A DNA stretch of 64,000 nucleotides from an uncultured Thiothrix sp. (GCA_902595225.1 CACJPG010000002.1:137675-201674), one strand, 5' to 3'. Positions 50,362-62,290 are shown, counted from the first letter of the stretch. Translations and numbers: made by a program. Notes: generated by a model from the letters alone, not told the origin.

Positions 50362-50385
50362 AGTAATTTATTTTAAACAATAAAG

Positions 50386-50419
50386 ACGTGCATATTTCTC
50401 TCATATGCACGTTTTTTTA
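50386..50419. terminator. bidirectional rho-independent terminator (amtB / nadA)
   Basis: Perfect 10-bp stem ACGTGCATAT-TTCTCTC-ATATGCACGT followed by T7 on the plus strand and CTTTATTGTTT on the minus strand. The T-run overlaps the nadA stop. Confidence 0.8.
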
Positions 50420-51466
50420 TAGTGTTTTTGCAAATTCAATCATTCTATTAGTTGAAACAAATGCTTTTTTTCTAATTTCTTCTTTAATATGAATTTCGTT
50501 TTTTTCTTCTATCAATGTTTCAATCAAATTATCTAGATTATTCATTGCCATCCAAGGGCAATGAGCACAACTAATGCATGTAGCACCTTTCCCACCCGTT
50601 GGAGCCTCAATAAGTGTCTTTTCAGGAGCAGCTTTTTGCATTTTGTAAAATATTCTATTATCGGTGGCCACAATCATTTTTTTGTGCGGTAAATCTTTGC
50701 AAGCTTTTATGAGTTGAGACGTAGATCCTACAACATCTGCAAGCTCTACCACTTCAGCTGGAGACTCAGGGTGAACCAAAACTGCGGCATCTTTATTTTT
50801 TTCTTTAAGATTCATTAGGGCTTTTGCTTTAAATTCTTCGTGAACAATACAACTAGCATTCCATAGCTTCATATCAGCATTTGTTTTTTCATTTATGTAA
50901 TTTCCAAGATGCTTATCAGGAGCCCATATGACCTTTATATTTTCTTTTTTTAAATATTCAATAAGCTTTACAGCTATACTTGATGTTACAACCCAATCTG
51001 CCATAGCTTTAACTTCTGCGCTTGTATTTGCGTAAACCACAATTTCCCTCTCAGGATATTTATCGCTAAATTTTTTTAGTTCAGAAGCTGGGCAGTTTAA
51101 ATCAAGTGAACACTCAGCTTCAAGGGTAGGCATTAAAATCTTCTTATCTGGGCTAAGTATTTTGGCCGTTTCACCCATAAACCTTACTCCAGCAACTATA
51201 AGCGTTTTAGAGGCCTGATTAGCTCCAAATCTAGCCATTTCTAAAGAGTCCGATACATTTCCTCCAGTGAGTTCAGCAACCTCTTGTAAGTCCTCATGTG
51301 TGTAATAATGAGCAACAATCTTTGCATCTTTTTCATCTAAAAGCTGCTTAATAAGATTAATCTTTTCCTCTTTTGTTTTAGAATCATATTTTGGCGAACT
51401 ATTTAAGATATCAATAGTTTTTGGAAAAGTATCATTATAATATTTTTCAGTATTTAATTTATTCAT
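50417..51466 (-). CDS. nadA: quinolinate synthase A
   Basis: 349 aa. [10 protein letters not shown], three-fold repeat architecture and conserved Cys residues (CSLD, CIVHEEF, CAHCPWM). Confidence 0.93.
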   Translation of the reverse strand: MNKLNTEKYYNDTFPKTIDILNSSPKYDSKTKEEKINLIKQLLDEKDAKIVAHYYTHEDLQEVAELTGGNVSDSLEMARFGANQASKTLIVAGVRFMGETAKILSPDKKILMPTLEAECSLDLNCPASELKKFSDKYPEREIVVYANTSAEVKAMADWVVTSSIAVKLIEYLKKENIKVIWAPDKHLGNYINEKTNADMKLWNASCIVHEEFKAKALMNLKEKNKDAAVLVHPESPAEVVELADVVGSTSQLIKACKDLPHKKMIVATDNRIFYKMQKAAPEKTLIEAPTGGKGATCISCAHCPWMAMNNLDNLIETLIEEKNEIHIKEEIRKKAFVSTNRMIEFAKTL

Positions 51467-51857
51467 TAATCACCAAATATTTAATGTTATTTTTTTTTAA
51501 AATTTTCTCTATATCCTTCAAAATATTTTCGTCATAAGGGCCAAGAGTTATTTTTGTAGCAATGTTTCCTTGGAAAAAAATTTTCTTTAAATTTAAGTCG
51601 AAACCTAAAAGCAGCATTTTAGCTCTAATTTTATCTACTTCAGATTGTTTTGCAAATATTCCTAATTGAACAAAATATATAGTTTTCTTTAACTGAGTGA
51701 AGTTATCTTTAATAATACTATTATCAAATAGCATGTTTACATATTGAACAAAAAAATCTTTACCAAGTAGTGAAATTTTTGATGAATAAGAAAAATAAAA
51801 AAAACTAAGAAATAAAATTAAACCCAAAAATACAGCTAACCTATATAATTTCCGCAT
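51459..51857 (-). CDS. SPOR domain-containing membrane protein
   Basis: 132 aa. N-terminal TM span. C-terminal SPOR-like beta-alpha-beta repeat ([21 protein letters not shown]...ITLGPY). Follows argS as in Pseudomonas. Confidence 0.7.
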   Translation of the reverse strand: MRKLYRLAVFLGLILFLSFFYFSYSSKISLLGKDFFVQYVNMLFDNSIIKDNFTQLKKTIYFVQLGIFAKQSEVDKIRAKMLLLGFDLNLKKIFFQGNIATKITLGPYDENILKDIEKILKKNNIKYLVINE

Positions 51858-51870
51858 AAGAAAATCTACT

Positions 51871-53583
51871 TTACATTTTATCTGGCATATTTATGCCAAT
51901 AATTTTTCCACTATTCTCGAAGACGTATTTAGTTGCCTCCATTAGAGATAATCTAGCATTTCTCAAATCTTCTTCCTCAACAAGTATTTGGTGTTTATTG
52001 TAGTATGAGTGAATTTCTTGAGATAATTCTCTTAAATAGTTTGTAATTAAATGGGGTTCATATTTGTTCGCAGATGTAATAATGATATCTGGATAAGCGG
52101 ACAACTTATTTATTATTTTTAACTCTTCTTCTTTGGATAAGTTTTTTAAATTATTCTTATTATAGTTGAATTTTTTCTTATCCTCTTTTAGTTTTCTAAA
52201 AATGCTACATATTCTTGCGTGGGCGTATTGAACATAGTAAACAGGGTTATTACTATTGCTTGATTTTGCAAGTTCTATATCAAAATCCATGTGTTGGTCA
52301 GATTTTCTCATAAGATAAAAAAATCTCATCGCATCCTTGCCCACTTCATCTGTTAATTGTTTTAATGTTATAAAGTCTCCAGAACGGGTAGACATTGATA
52401 CTTTTTCTTTACCTCTAAAAAGATTAGCAAATTGTACTAGAAGAATATTTAAACTCGATTTCTCTTTTGCAAAAATTTTAAAAGCACCTTGAATTCTAGA
52501 AATATAACCATGGTGATCGGCTCCCCAAATATTTATATTTATATCAAAGTTTCTTTTTATTTTTTTTTCATGATATGCAATATCAGTAGCTAAATATGTG
52601 TGATCCTTATTTTCTTTAATAAGTACACGGTCTTTTTCGTCTCCAAAATCTTTTGATTTAAACCAAAGTGCATTATCTCTTTGATATGTATAATTATTTT
52701 GATTTAAAAAATCAATTACTTTAATTAAAGAATTATCATCTACTAAAGATGATTCAAAAAACCAGCTATCAAAATTAATATCAGACTGCCTCAGACTTGA
52801 TTTTATATTTTCTAAAATAGCATTTATTGATATTTCTCTTATTTTAAGAAACTTTTCTATAGATAAGGCATCTTTTATTCTTTGCATGTACAAATCAATT
52901 TTTGGGTCTTTTAAATCAATAATATTTAGAATTTGAAAATCTGAACTAAAGTTTCTATGAAGTTCTGCCGCAATATCCCATATATAATCTCCTTTATATA
53001 AATCTTCATATGAGAAATTTAAGTTGCTATCAATTAACTCATGATACCTTTGGATGACTGAAGTAACGAGAATTTCTATTTGCTTGCCAGCGTCATTAAC
53101 ATAATATTCCTTGACAACCTCATATCCATTTTCTTCAAGCAGCTTTGACAAGCAATCACCAAAAACTGCACCTCTGCCATGTCCAACGTGAAGTGGCCCA
53201 GTAGGGTTTGCTGAGACAAATTCCACTAAGACCTTACTATTTTTACCAATAGAGTTTTTCCCATATTGCTCTTTTTCTCTTAAAATTTTTTCAACTACTA
53301 AAAATTTTAAGTTTTCAGAAACAAAAAAATTAATAAATCCAGGCTTAATTGCCTCAACCCTTTCGAATTGTTCACTTTTTTCTAAACTAGATTTTATTTT
53401 TTCGGCTAAAGATATTGGTTCACTATTATTTTTCTTAGCAATTTTCATAGCAACATTTGAGGAGTAGTCGCCAAATTTTTTATTTTTACATAAATTTACT
53501 TCAATTTGCTCGTAGTCAAAACTTACATCTTTGAAATTTTTTTTCAAAGTATCTTTAATTAAATCTTTTATGATATCTTTCAC
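51871..53583 (-). CDS. argS: arginine--tRNA ligase
   Basis: 570 aa. SANPTGPLHVGHGRG (HIGH), MSTRSG (KMSKS variant), and C-terminal DALR anticodon-binding domain. Confidence 0.95.
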   Translation of the reverse strand: MKDIIKDLIKDTLKKNFKDVSFDYEQIEVNLCKNKKFGDYSSNVAMKIAKKNNSEPISLAEKIKSSLEKSEQFERVEAIKPGFINFFVSENLKFLVVEKILREKEQYGKNSIGKNSKVLVEFVSANPTGPLHVGHGRGAVFGDCLSKLLEENGYEVVKEYYVNDAGKQIEILVTSVIQRYHELIDSNLNFSYEDLYKGDYIWDIAAELHRNFSSDFQILNIIDLKDPKIDLYMQRIKDALSIEKFLKIREISINAILENIKSSLRQSDINFDSWFFESSLVDDNSLIKVIDFLNQNNYTYQRDNALWFKSKDFGDEKDRVLIKENKDHTYLATDIAYHEKKIKRNFDININIWGADHHGYISRIQGAFKIFAKEKSSLNILLVQFANLFRGKEKVSMSTRSGDFITLKQLTDEVGKDAMRFFYLMRKSDQHMDFDIELAKSSNSNNPVYYVQYAHARICSIFRKLKEDKKKFNYNKNNLKNLSKEEELKIINKLSAYPDIIITSANKYEPHLITNYLRELSQEIHSYYNKHQILVEEEDLRNARLSLMEATKYVFENSGKIIGINMPDKM

Positions 53584-53591
53584 TATGTTGC

Positions 53592-55577
53592 CTATTCGTA
53601 ATCTATTGGATCAATATCGAATGACCATTTTATCTTATTAGAATAAGGTATATTCTTTAATATGGGAATACAATTTTTTAATACCATATTTAAAGAGCCT
53701 TTATTATTTGCTTGAATAATTAGATTTGCATTATAAAAGCCTGCTTTTTTTTGCATTATTGATGGTATCGGTCCAAATAATTGAATTTCTCCATTTGTTC
53801 TAATTTGTTTTTTTACTTTCATTAAAAAATTTTCAGCATCCACTAACTTTTTTGCTTTTGCCTGAATGATCCCCCAGTTCTTGTAGGGTGGCAAATTAAG
53901 ATTTTCTCTTGTCTTTAAAAGATTATACATCCATGCCTCATAACCATTTTCAATTAAGTATTTTAAATCTTCATTTTTTGGGAATGAAGTTTGTAACATC
54001 ACCTCTCCAGGCTTTTCTCCTCTTCCTGATCTTCCGGATACTTGAATTAATTGTTGCGCGAGCTGTTCTAAAGCTTTTAATCTTGGGCTAAATAAACTTT
54101 GATCAATATTTATAATAACTACTAGTGTAATATTTGGAAAATTATGTCCCTTTGAAAGCATTTGAGTTCCTATTAATATATCATATTTGTTTGATAGCAC
54201 ATCGTTAAAAATCTTTTGGAGCTCACCTTTTTTTCTTGTGTTATCAGAATCAATTCTTACTATTCTAGAATTAATAAATCTTTCTTTGATATATTCTTCA
54301 ACTTTTTCTGTTCCTTCTCCAATAAATGAAAGATCATCAGAACCACAATTCTGACACTTATTTTCATGTTTAATACTTTTCCCACAATGATGACAAAGAA
54401 TACAGTCATTTTTTTTGTGATAGGACATATTGATGCCACAATTAGGACAGGTAGGTATCCATTCACAGTTATTACAAAAAATAACTGGTGAGTATCCTCT
54501 TCTATTTAAATAAATTAATACTTGCTCTTTTTTTTGAAGTGTACTTTCCATACTAGAAATTACCTCATGTGACAAGATATCTTTTTTTAAATTTGATATA
54601 TCTATTACTTGTAATGAGGGCATCTTATTCTTATTTATTCTCTTTCTCATTTTTATATGTTTATATTTTTTCTTTATAACATTAACTAATGTTTCTGAGG
54701 ATGGAGTAGCCGTTCCAAGAATAATTGGTATATTTTTTTCCTTTGCTCTATAGATTGCGATGTCCCTCGCATTGTATTTTGCTTCGGATTGATTTTTTAA
54801 TGAGACATCATGCTCTTCATCTACAACAATTAATCCCAAGTTTGGAATTTTTAAAAATACAGAAGATCTTGTACCAATTATTACATCAACTTTACAATTT
54901 TGTATTAAATTCCAATGATCAAACTTTTTTTTTGGAGTCAAAGAAGAGTGATATTCAAGAACTTTTAAGTTTAATTTTTTAAAACTTTTAAAAAGACCTG
55001 GGATCAAATTTTTTTCTGGCACTATAATTAATGTTTGTAGATTTTTTGATGTTATTTGTGATTGGATATTTTTATATACTTCCGTCTTCCCACTTCCAGT
55101 AATACCGTCTAGCAAGAAACAATTGAAGTCTGTTAGGGATTTAGATATCTCATTAGCAGCTATAAGCTGTTCTTCTGTTAAATTGAAAATATTTTCTAAT
55201 TCATCTTCTTTGAAATTTTTTGTATTGTAATCAGCATCGAAAATTTCTTTGCCATTTCTCAAATAAGATGGTGTTCCAAGACCAATTACTTGGCCAAGTG
55301 GCGCATGATAATAATTCGATACCCATTTAAAGAGATTTAGTATTTCTTCATCAAGAACTGGCGTATCATCAATTATTTCGATAATTTTTTTAAGTTTTGT
55401 ATTTGATAATTTTGTTTCTTTTTTTATATTTATTACAAAGCCAGTAACCAATTTTTTGCCAAATTCAACCTTTACTCTAGCCCCAGGAGTAACAAATTGA
55501 AAGGTATTTGGTATCTCATAGTCGAAAAGATTATGAAGAGGCTTAATAATGGCTATTTCAGCAATAAAATTTCCCAT
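53592..55577 (-). CDS. priA: primosomal protein N' (replication restart helicase PriA)
   Basis: 661 aa. Walker A GITGSGKTE, DEEH box, and Cys-rich Zn insertion (CNNCEW..CPNC...CHHCG...CQNCGS). Confidence 0.92.
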   Translation of the reverse strand: MGNFIAEIAIIKPLHNLFDYEIPNTFQFVTPGARVKVEFGKKLVTGFVINIKKETKLSNTKLKKIIEIIDDTPVLDEEILNLFKWVSNYYHAPLGQVIGLGTPSYLRNGKEIFDADYNTKNFKEDELENIFNLTEEQLIAANEISKSLTDFNCFLLDGITGSGKTEVYKNIQSQITSKNLQTLIIVPEKNLIPGLFKSFKKLNLKVLEYHSSLTPKKKFDHWNLIQNCKVDVIIGTRSSVFLKIPNLGLIVVDEEHDVSLKNQSEAKYNARDIAIYRAKEKNIPIILGTATPSSETLVNVIKKKYKHIKMRKRINKNKMPSLQVIDISNLKKDILSHEVISSMESTLQKKEQVLIYLNRRGYSPVIFCNNCEWIPTCPNCGINMSYHKKNDCILCHHCGKSIKHENKCQNCGSDDLSFIGEGTEKVEEYIKERFINSRIVRIDSDNTRKKGELQKIFNDVLSNKYDILIGTQMLSKGHNFPNITLVVIINIDQSLFSPRLKALEQLAQQLIQVSGRSGRGEKPGEVMLQTSFPKNEDLKYLIENGYEAWMYNLLKTRENLNLPPYKNWGIIQAKAKKLVDAENFLMKVKKQIRTNGEIQLFGPIPSIMQKKAGFYNANLIIQANNKGSLNMVLKNCIPILKNIPYSNKIKWSFDIDPIDYE

Positions 55578-55658
55578 TTTTTGTTAAAAACTATTTATCT
55601 TTAGTTAATTTTTTTGTAATGTTAATTAGTCTATATTGACGTTTCTATATTACACTAT

Positions 55659-56261
55659 ATGTATTACGAGGCTAATTTAAGATTGGAACATTTAAACCAA
55701 CAAATTTTGCGAACAGATGTGTCTGGAATGCCCCTTGAATGGTTAACCTACCAGCAGGCTGTGAAACTATATTTCAATAGTCAAATAGCTTATACCTGTG
55801 GAAGTAATATTATGACCATTAGAGGCGGTATCAATGCAAAATCAAATAAAAGAAGCACAGTTGATGTAAATTCAATAATTGCTACATATGGTAGCAACAA
55901 AACTTTAATTGATAAATATGCTCCACCACTTAATAATAGAACACTTTTTAAAAGAGATAATCATGTATGTATGTATTGTGGGAATAAATTTCGCTCAGAA
56001 AATTTATCAAGAGACCATATAACACCTCTTTATCAAGGAGGAAAAGATTTATGGGTAAATGTCGTTGCTGCATGCAAAAGATGTAACAATGCAAAAGCTG
56101 GAAGAACCCCAGAACAAGCAGGTATGGAATTATTAGCAATACCATTTATACCTACTCATGCAGAATATATATTTCTTCAAGGGAAAATTATTCTCTACGA
56201 CCAAATGGAGTTTTTAAAACAACATTTTCCCAGAACTAGCCCATTAAGAGATAGACTTTAA
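55659..56261 (+). CDS. HNH endonuclease family protein with about 100-aa N-terminal domain
   Basis: 200 aa. HNH/CCCH core CMYCGNKF...LSRDHITPLYQGGKDLWVNVVAACKRCNNAKAGRTP. Stand-alone, with no flanking repeats seen. Confidence 0.8.
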   Translation: MYYEANLRLEHLNQQILRTDVSGMPLEWLTYQQAVKLYFNSQIAYTCGSNIMTIRGGINAKSNKRSTVDVNSIIATYGSNKTLIDKYAPPLNNRTLFKRDNHVCMYCGNKFRSENLSRDHITPLYQGGKDLWVNVVAACKRCNNAKAGRTPEQAGMELLAIPFIPTHAEYIFLQGKIILYDQMEFLKQHFPRTSPLRDRL

Positions 56262-56324
56262 TATTTTTTGGAAATAATGCATTACTAAAAAAAGGTTAGT
56301 AGTTTATAATTATGCATAAGAGTT

Positions 56325-57422
56325 ATGAGATATAAATCAAACGAAAATTACTCTCATGGCAATGAGAGAAAAATTGGAGTTTTATTGGTCAATCTTGGAA
56401 CGCCAGATTCGCCAACCACCTCTGCTGTCCGAAGGTATCTATCTGAATTTCTCTCTGATCCTAGGATTGTAGAAATTCCAAAAATTGCTTGGTGGTTTAT
56501 TTTAAATATTATAATTTTAAATATAAGACCAAAAAAAAGTAGAAATTTATACAAAAAAATATGGTCGAAAGATGGCTCACCATTACTAGTGATATCTAAT
56601 AAAATTAAAGATAAATTAAAGGAATCGAAAAAAATTTCTAAAAATAATTTAATGATAGACCTTGCTATGAGATATGGTAATCCATCTATTCAGACTGCAC
56701 TAAAAAATTTTCGTGATAGTAATGTAAGCAAGCTTGTCATAATTCCAATGTTTCCTCAATATTCTGCAGCCACGACAGCCTCAATTTTTGATAAGTTTTC
56801 AGAAGAAATTAAAACTTGGAGAAATGTTCCTGACATAAGATTCCTGTCAACTTTCCATGACAATCCAAATTACATATCTGCATGCGTAAAAAAAATTAAG
56901 GAAAGTTGGAAAATTAATGGTAAAGCAAAAAAACTAATCTTTTCTTTTCATGGTTTACCACAAGTTAATCTTTACAAAGGAGATCCTTATCACTGTTATT
57001 GCCATAAAACAGGAAAGATGATTGCGGCAGAACTTGGCCTGAATGATGATGACTATATTGTTACTTTTCAATCAAGATTTGGGAAGCAGGTTTGGCTTCA
57101 GCCTTACACTGATGAGATACTTGAAAATTTAGCAAGCAGTGGAGTAGATTCGGTAGATCTTTTTTGTCCAGGCTTTCTATGTGACTGCTTAGAAACTCTT
57201 GAAGAAATAAATATACAAAGCAGAGAAAATTTTCTTGATAATGGTGGAAAAAAGTTTAATTATATTCCAGCACTAAATGATTCAAAAGAAAGTATATATT
57301 TAATGGAGGAAATAATTATCAATGAAACTTTAGGTTGGGATGATGAATTAATGAATTCAAAAAAGATTCTACAATTGACTAAAGAATCATTTGAAAAACA
57401 TTCATATAATAAAAAAATATGA
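56325..57422 (+). CDS. hemH: ferrochelatase
   Basis: 365 aa. IGVLLVNLGTPDSPT, MRYGNPSI, QYSAATT, and FSFHGLP. Confidence 0.92.
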   Translation: MRYKSNENYSHGNERKIGVLLVNLGTPDSPTTSAVRRYLSEFLSDPRIVEIPKIAWWFILNIIILNIRPKKSRNLYKKIWSKDGSPLLVISNKIKDKLKESKKISKNNLMIDLAMRYGNPSIQTALKNFRDSNVSKLVIIPMFPQYSAATTASIFDKFSEEIKTWRNVPDIRFLSTFHDNPNYISACVKKIKESWKINGKAKKLIFSFHGLPQVNLYKGDPYHCYCHKTGKMIAAELGLNDDDYIVTFQSRFGKQVWLQPYTDEILENLASSGVDSVDLFCPGFLCDCLETLEEINIQSRENFLDNGGKKFNYIPALNDSKESIYLMEEIIINETLGWDDELMNSKKILQLTKESFEKHSYNKKI

Positions 57423-57838
57423 GAAATTTTTTTGTACTTTTTATTCTATTCCCTTTAATCGAAATTTATTTTTTTGTAAAAATTGGCACAGAAATTGGTG
57501 CATTAACAACAATTGTTTTTACACTGTTGACTGCTTCCCTTGGAATTTTGACAATTAAACTCCAAAGTCTAACCTCTTTCATTCAAGCAAAGGAATCAAT
57601 TTTTAATACAGATGAACCTGCAATAGAAATTTTGAGTAATTTTGCTTTGTTAATATGTGGAATTCTATTACTGCTACCAGGATTTTTTACAGACTTTTTG
57701 GGTATAGTACTTCTATTTCCTTTTTCGAGGAAAATTTTGGTTAAGTATCTTCTAAAAAAAGCTACTTTAAGTACCCAAAATAATCCAAGTCATAAATCAA
57801 AATATAAAGACTACATCGATATTGATCCAGATAATTAA
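57419..57838 (+). CDS. fxsA: FxsA family inner-membrane protein
   Basis: 139 aa. The LIEIYFFVKIGTEIGALTTI and LLLPGFFTDFLGIVLLFP motifs are typical of FxsA. 4-nt overlap with hemH. Confidence 0.8.
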   Translation: MRNFFVLFILFPLIEIYFFVKIGTEIGALTTIVFTLLTASLGILTIKLQSLTSFIQAKESIFNTDEPAIEILSNFALLICGILLLLPGFFTDFLGIVLLFPFSRKILVKYLLKKATLSTQNNPSHKSKYKDYIDIDPDN

Positions 57839-57841
57839 GTC

Positions 57842-57869
57842 TTGACATTTAATCTTTTATCAATACAAT
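57842..57869 (+). promoter_or_regulatory. sigma70-type promoter of groESL (TTGACA-16 nt-TACAAT)
   Basis: Perfect -35 at 57842-47 and a 5/6 -10 at 57864-69, immediately abutting the CIRCE operator. Confidence 0.6.
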
Positions 57870-57895
57870 TAGCACTCTCCTTGCGAGAGTGCTAA
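57869..57895. promoter_or_regulatory. CIRCE operator (HrcA binding site)
   Basis: TTAGCACTC-TCCTTGCGA-GAGTGCTAA is a perfect match to the CIRCE consensus TTAGCACTC-N9-GAGTGCTAA. It lies 34 nt upstream of the groES ATG. Confidence 0.85.
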
Positions 57896-57928
57896 AAATT
57901 AAATTGAATAAAAACAGGAGCTTATGGT

Positions 57929-58216
57929 ATGAAAATTAGACCTTTGCATGACAGAGTTGTCGTGAAAAGAATGGAAGAAGAGAAAACCTCACCTGGTGGC
58001 ATAGTAATTCCTGATAGCGCAACCGAAAAGCCTATTAAGGGTGAAGTTATCGCCATTGGTAATGGCAAAATTCAAGAAAACGGAAATGTTCAACCTCTTG
58101 ATGTTAAAGTCGGAGACATTGTCTTATTTGGAAAATATTCAGGCACAGAGGTAAAAGTCGATTCTGATGAACTTGTTGTAATGAAAGAAGACGACATTAT
58201 GGCAGTACTAGATTAA
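57929..58216 (+). CDS. groES: co-chaperonin GroES
   Basis: 95 aa. [14 protein letters not shown]...GGIVIPDSA. Confidence 0.97.
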   Translation: MKIRPLHDRVVVKRMEEEKTSPGGIVIPDSATEKPIKGEVIAIGNGKIQENGNVQPLDVKVGDIVLFGKYSGTEVKVDSDELVVMKEDDIMAVLD

Positions 58217-58250
58217 AAATTTTATTAATTAATTATAATTTAAAAGGTGA

Positions 58251-59933
<1,683 letters not shown>

Positions 59934-59967
59934 TAATTGTCGCAAAAAGCCTCATAAACTATAAAAA

Positions 59968-59999
59968 AGTCCTGCAAGTCGGGGCTTTTTTTTTGCATA
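59968..59999 (+). terminator. probable groEL terminator (weak hairpin plus T9)
   Basis: AGTCC-N9-GGGCT (5 bp including one G-U pair), followed by a run of nine T. Confidence 0.45.
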
Positions 60000-60007
60000 A
60001 TATCAAA

Positions 60008-60550
60008 ATGAAAATAGAAAATCATATTTTAGAAGAAGTCAAAATATCATTGTCCCCAAATTATGATTTGAGGCCAGATAAATCCAATATTTCTCTAATT
60101 GTTCTCCATAGTATAAGTTTGCCACCTACTATTTTTGGAAATAATTATGTAGAGGATTTTTTTTGTAATAAGCTTAACCCAGGAAATGATGATTATTTAA
60201 ATACTATCAAGGATATGAAAGTTTCCTCACATTTATTTGTAAAAAGAACAGGCGAAATCATTCAGTTTGTTCCATTTGATAAAAGGGCATGGCATGCAGG
60301 AAAGTCTTCATTTGATAATATCGAAAATTGCAATGATTATTCAATCGGCATTGAATTAGAGGGTTGTGATGACATCTCTTTTGAGGATATACAGTATGAA
60401 AAATTAGCCTATATTATTAAAGCCATTTTAGATAATTATAAAAAAACAAGTAAAGAAAGGATAGTATCCCATTCAGATATTGCGCCCGGAAGAAAATCCG
60501 ATCCCGGTCCATTATTTGACTGGAAAAGACTAAAAAGAATGTTAGAATAA
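60008..60550 (+). CDS. ampD: 1,6-anhydro-N-acetylmuramyl-L-alanine amidase AmpD
   Basis: Start placed at ATG 60008. The track's TTG at 59993 sits in the terminator T-run. Amidase_2 motifs HSISLPP, AWHAGKS, SIGIELEG and HSDIAPGRKSDPG. Confidence 0.85.
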   Translation: MKIENHILEEVKISLSPNYDLRPDKSNISLIVLHSISLPPTIFGNNYVEDFFCNKLNPGNDDYLNTIKDMKVSSHLFVKRTGEIIQFVPFDKRAWHAGKSSFDNIENCNDYSIGIELEGCDDISFEDIQYEKLAYIIKAILDNYKKTSKERIVSHSDIAPGRKSDPGPLFDWKRLKRMLE

Positions 60551-60569
60551 TTTTTATTTGGAGAATATT

Positions 60570-60665
60570 ATGACAGGATGGGCTTGGATAACAATTGGCG
60601 CTGTGGTACTTGCAGTTGTAATTATGCAAATTGCCGCAAGATTTGCCGATTATGACGAGAAATAA
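60570..60665 (+). CDS. possible 31-aa single-pass micro-protein (MTGWAWITIGAVVLAVVIMQIAARFADYDEK)
   Basis: Not in the ORF track. GGAG (60560-63) lies 6 nt upstream of the ATG. One hydrophobic span with a charged tail. Lies in the ampD-gshA gap. Confidence 0.3.
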   Translation: MTGWAWITIGAVVLAVVIMQIAARFADYDEK

Positions 60666-60726
60666 TTATAAGTAACATATCTTTGAAACTTTAATTATTC
60701 TTCTATTTATATATTAGGATCAATAT

Positions 60727-62289
60727 ATGATTGATAAGTTTTTGGAAAATTTATCTGAATACCCTTTTTTGTACTTACTTTCGAATTCAAAAATAGGCCT
60801 TGAAAAAGAGGCTCTTAGAGTGGATAAATATGGAACGATTTCTTATAAAATGCACCCATTGCATTTTGGAGCATCTTTAACAAACAAATTCATTACAACA
60901 GATTATTCTGAAGCATTAATAGAGGTTGTCACACCTCCGTGTAACTCACATGAAGAAGCAATAAATTATTTGGAAAATATTATTGGTTTTGTATACAGAA
61001 ATCTCAATGAAGAATATCTTTGGCCTGCAAGCATGCCTTGTATTATTGCTGGTGATAAAAGTATACCCATAGCATATTATGGCACATCAAATGCTGCACG
61101 AATGAAAACGACCTATAGAAGAGGGCTTGGAAATAGATATGGCAGAATAATGCAAGTAATATCTGGCATACATTTTAATTACTCATTCTCAAATGAATTT
61201 TGGAAAAGTTATAAGATTTTTAAAAAATCAAAAAAAAGCATTAAAGATTTTAAATCGGATCAGTATTTCTGTATCGCAAGAAATTTACTGAGAAACGATT
61301 GGATCATTCTTTACTTATTTGGTTGTTCACCTGCTGTATGCAAATCATATTTGTCAGGAAAAGAAACAGATATGGAATCTTTTGATGAATATACTTACTT
61401 TGAAAAATATGCCACATCCTTGCGTATGGGTGATATTGGATATCAGAATAATGTAGAAGAAGATATGGGTGTGCATATAGATTATAATTCAATAGAAAAT
61501 TATTCAAAAAGTTTAGAAAGAGCGATAAGTACCTCTTGTAAGAAATATGAAAAAATTGGAGTCCATTCAGAAGGCTATTATAAGCAAATAAACTCAAATA
61601 CATTACAAATAGAAAATGAATATTATAGCTCTGTAAGACCAAAACCAGATCCAGGCATTGAGAAAAGACCGTCAAAAGCATTAATTGAAAATGGCGTTGA
61701 TTATATCGAATTAAGATCAATTGATAATAATATTTTTCTTAACAATGGAATTGATATTTGCCAAATGCATTTTATAGAATTACTAATAATCTACTGTCTA
61801 CTTTGTCCAGATTCCAAAATTTCAAATGATGAGTATTTTGAGATAAAAGATAATTTAAAAAAAGTTGCCCATAATGGAAGAAATAATGAGACATGTTTAA
61901 AGGTGGGTAAAAGAAACTTACAAATTAATATTGCTGTTAAAACACTTCTCGATAGCCTTATGGAAATAGCAAAGATTATGGATAAAATCATGGGCGAAAA
62001 AAATATTTATGAGAAGTGTATACTTGAACAAAAGAAAAAAATAAATGATAACAAAATTTTACCATCAAACTTTATGCTAAATGAAATGAAGAATAAGGGA
62101 ATGACTTTTTATGAGTTATGCATGGAGAATATTTGGCGGCAAAAAAAGTATTTTGATGAAATGAAAAAAGATGATGATATCATACAAATTCTTCAGGAAG
62201 AGACACGTAAGTCTATATTGAAAAAAAATGAGTTGGAAAATAAATCTGGAGAAAGTTATGAGGACTATATAAAGAAATATTTTAAATAA
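60727..62289 (+). CDS. gshA: glutamate--cysteine ligase (E. coli GshA type)
   Basis: 520 aa. GLEKEALRV..., ITTDYSEALIEVVTPP, and ISGIHFNYS are typical of proteobacterial GshA. Confidence 0.9.
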   Translation: MIDKFLENLSEYPFLYLLSNSKIGLEKEALRVDKYGTISYKMHPLHFGASLTNKFITTDYSEALIEVVTPPCNSHEEAINYLENIIGFVYRNLNEEYLWPASMPCIIAGDKSIPIAYYGTSNAARMKTTYRRGLGNRYGRIMQVISGIHFNYSFSNEFWKSYKIFKKSKKSIKDFKSDQYFCIARNLLRNDWIILYLFGCSPAVCKSYLSGKETDMESFDEYTYFEKYATSLRMGDIGYQNNVEEDMGVHIDYNSIENYSKSLERAISTSCKKYEKIGVHSEGYYKQINSNTLQIENEYYSSVRPKPDPGIEKRPSKALIENGVDYIELRSIDNNIFLNNGIDICQMHFIELLIIYCLLCPDSKISNDEYFEIKDNLKKVAHNGRNNETCLKVGKRNLQINIAVKTLLDSLMEIAKIMDKIMGEKNIYEKCILEQKKKINDNKILPSNFMLNEMKNKGMTFYELCMENIWRQKKYFDEMKKDDDIIQILQEETRKSILKKNELENKSGESYEDYIKKYFK

Positions 62290-62290
62290 T

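Noticed and set aside
57830-57930. sigma32 heat-shock promoter in front of groES
   Set aside because: CTTGACA resembles the sigma32 -35, but there is no CCCCAT-type -10. The spacing fits a sigma70 TTGACA/TACAAT pair plus CIRCE instead.
61304-61720. 138-aa minus-strand ORF inside gshA
   Set aside because: It is an antisense shadow with no start context or motifs.
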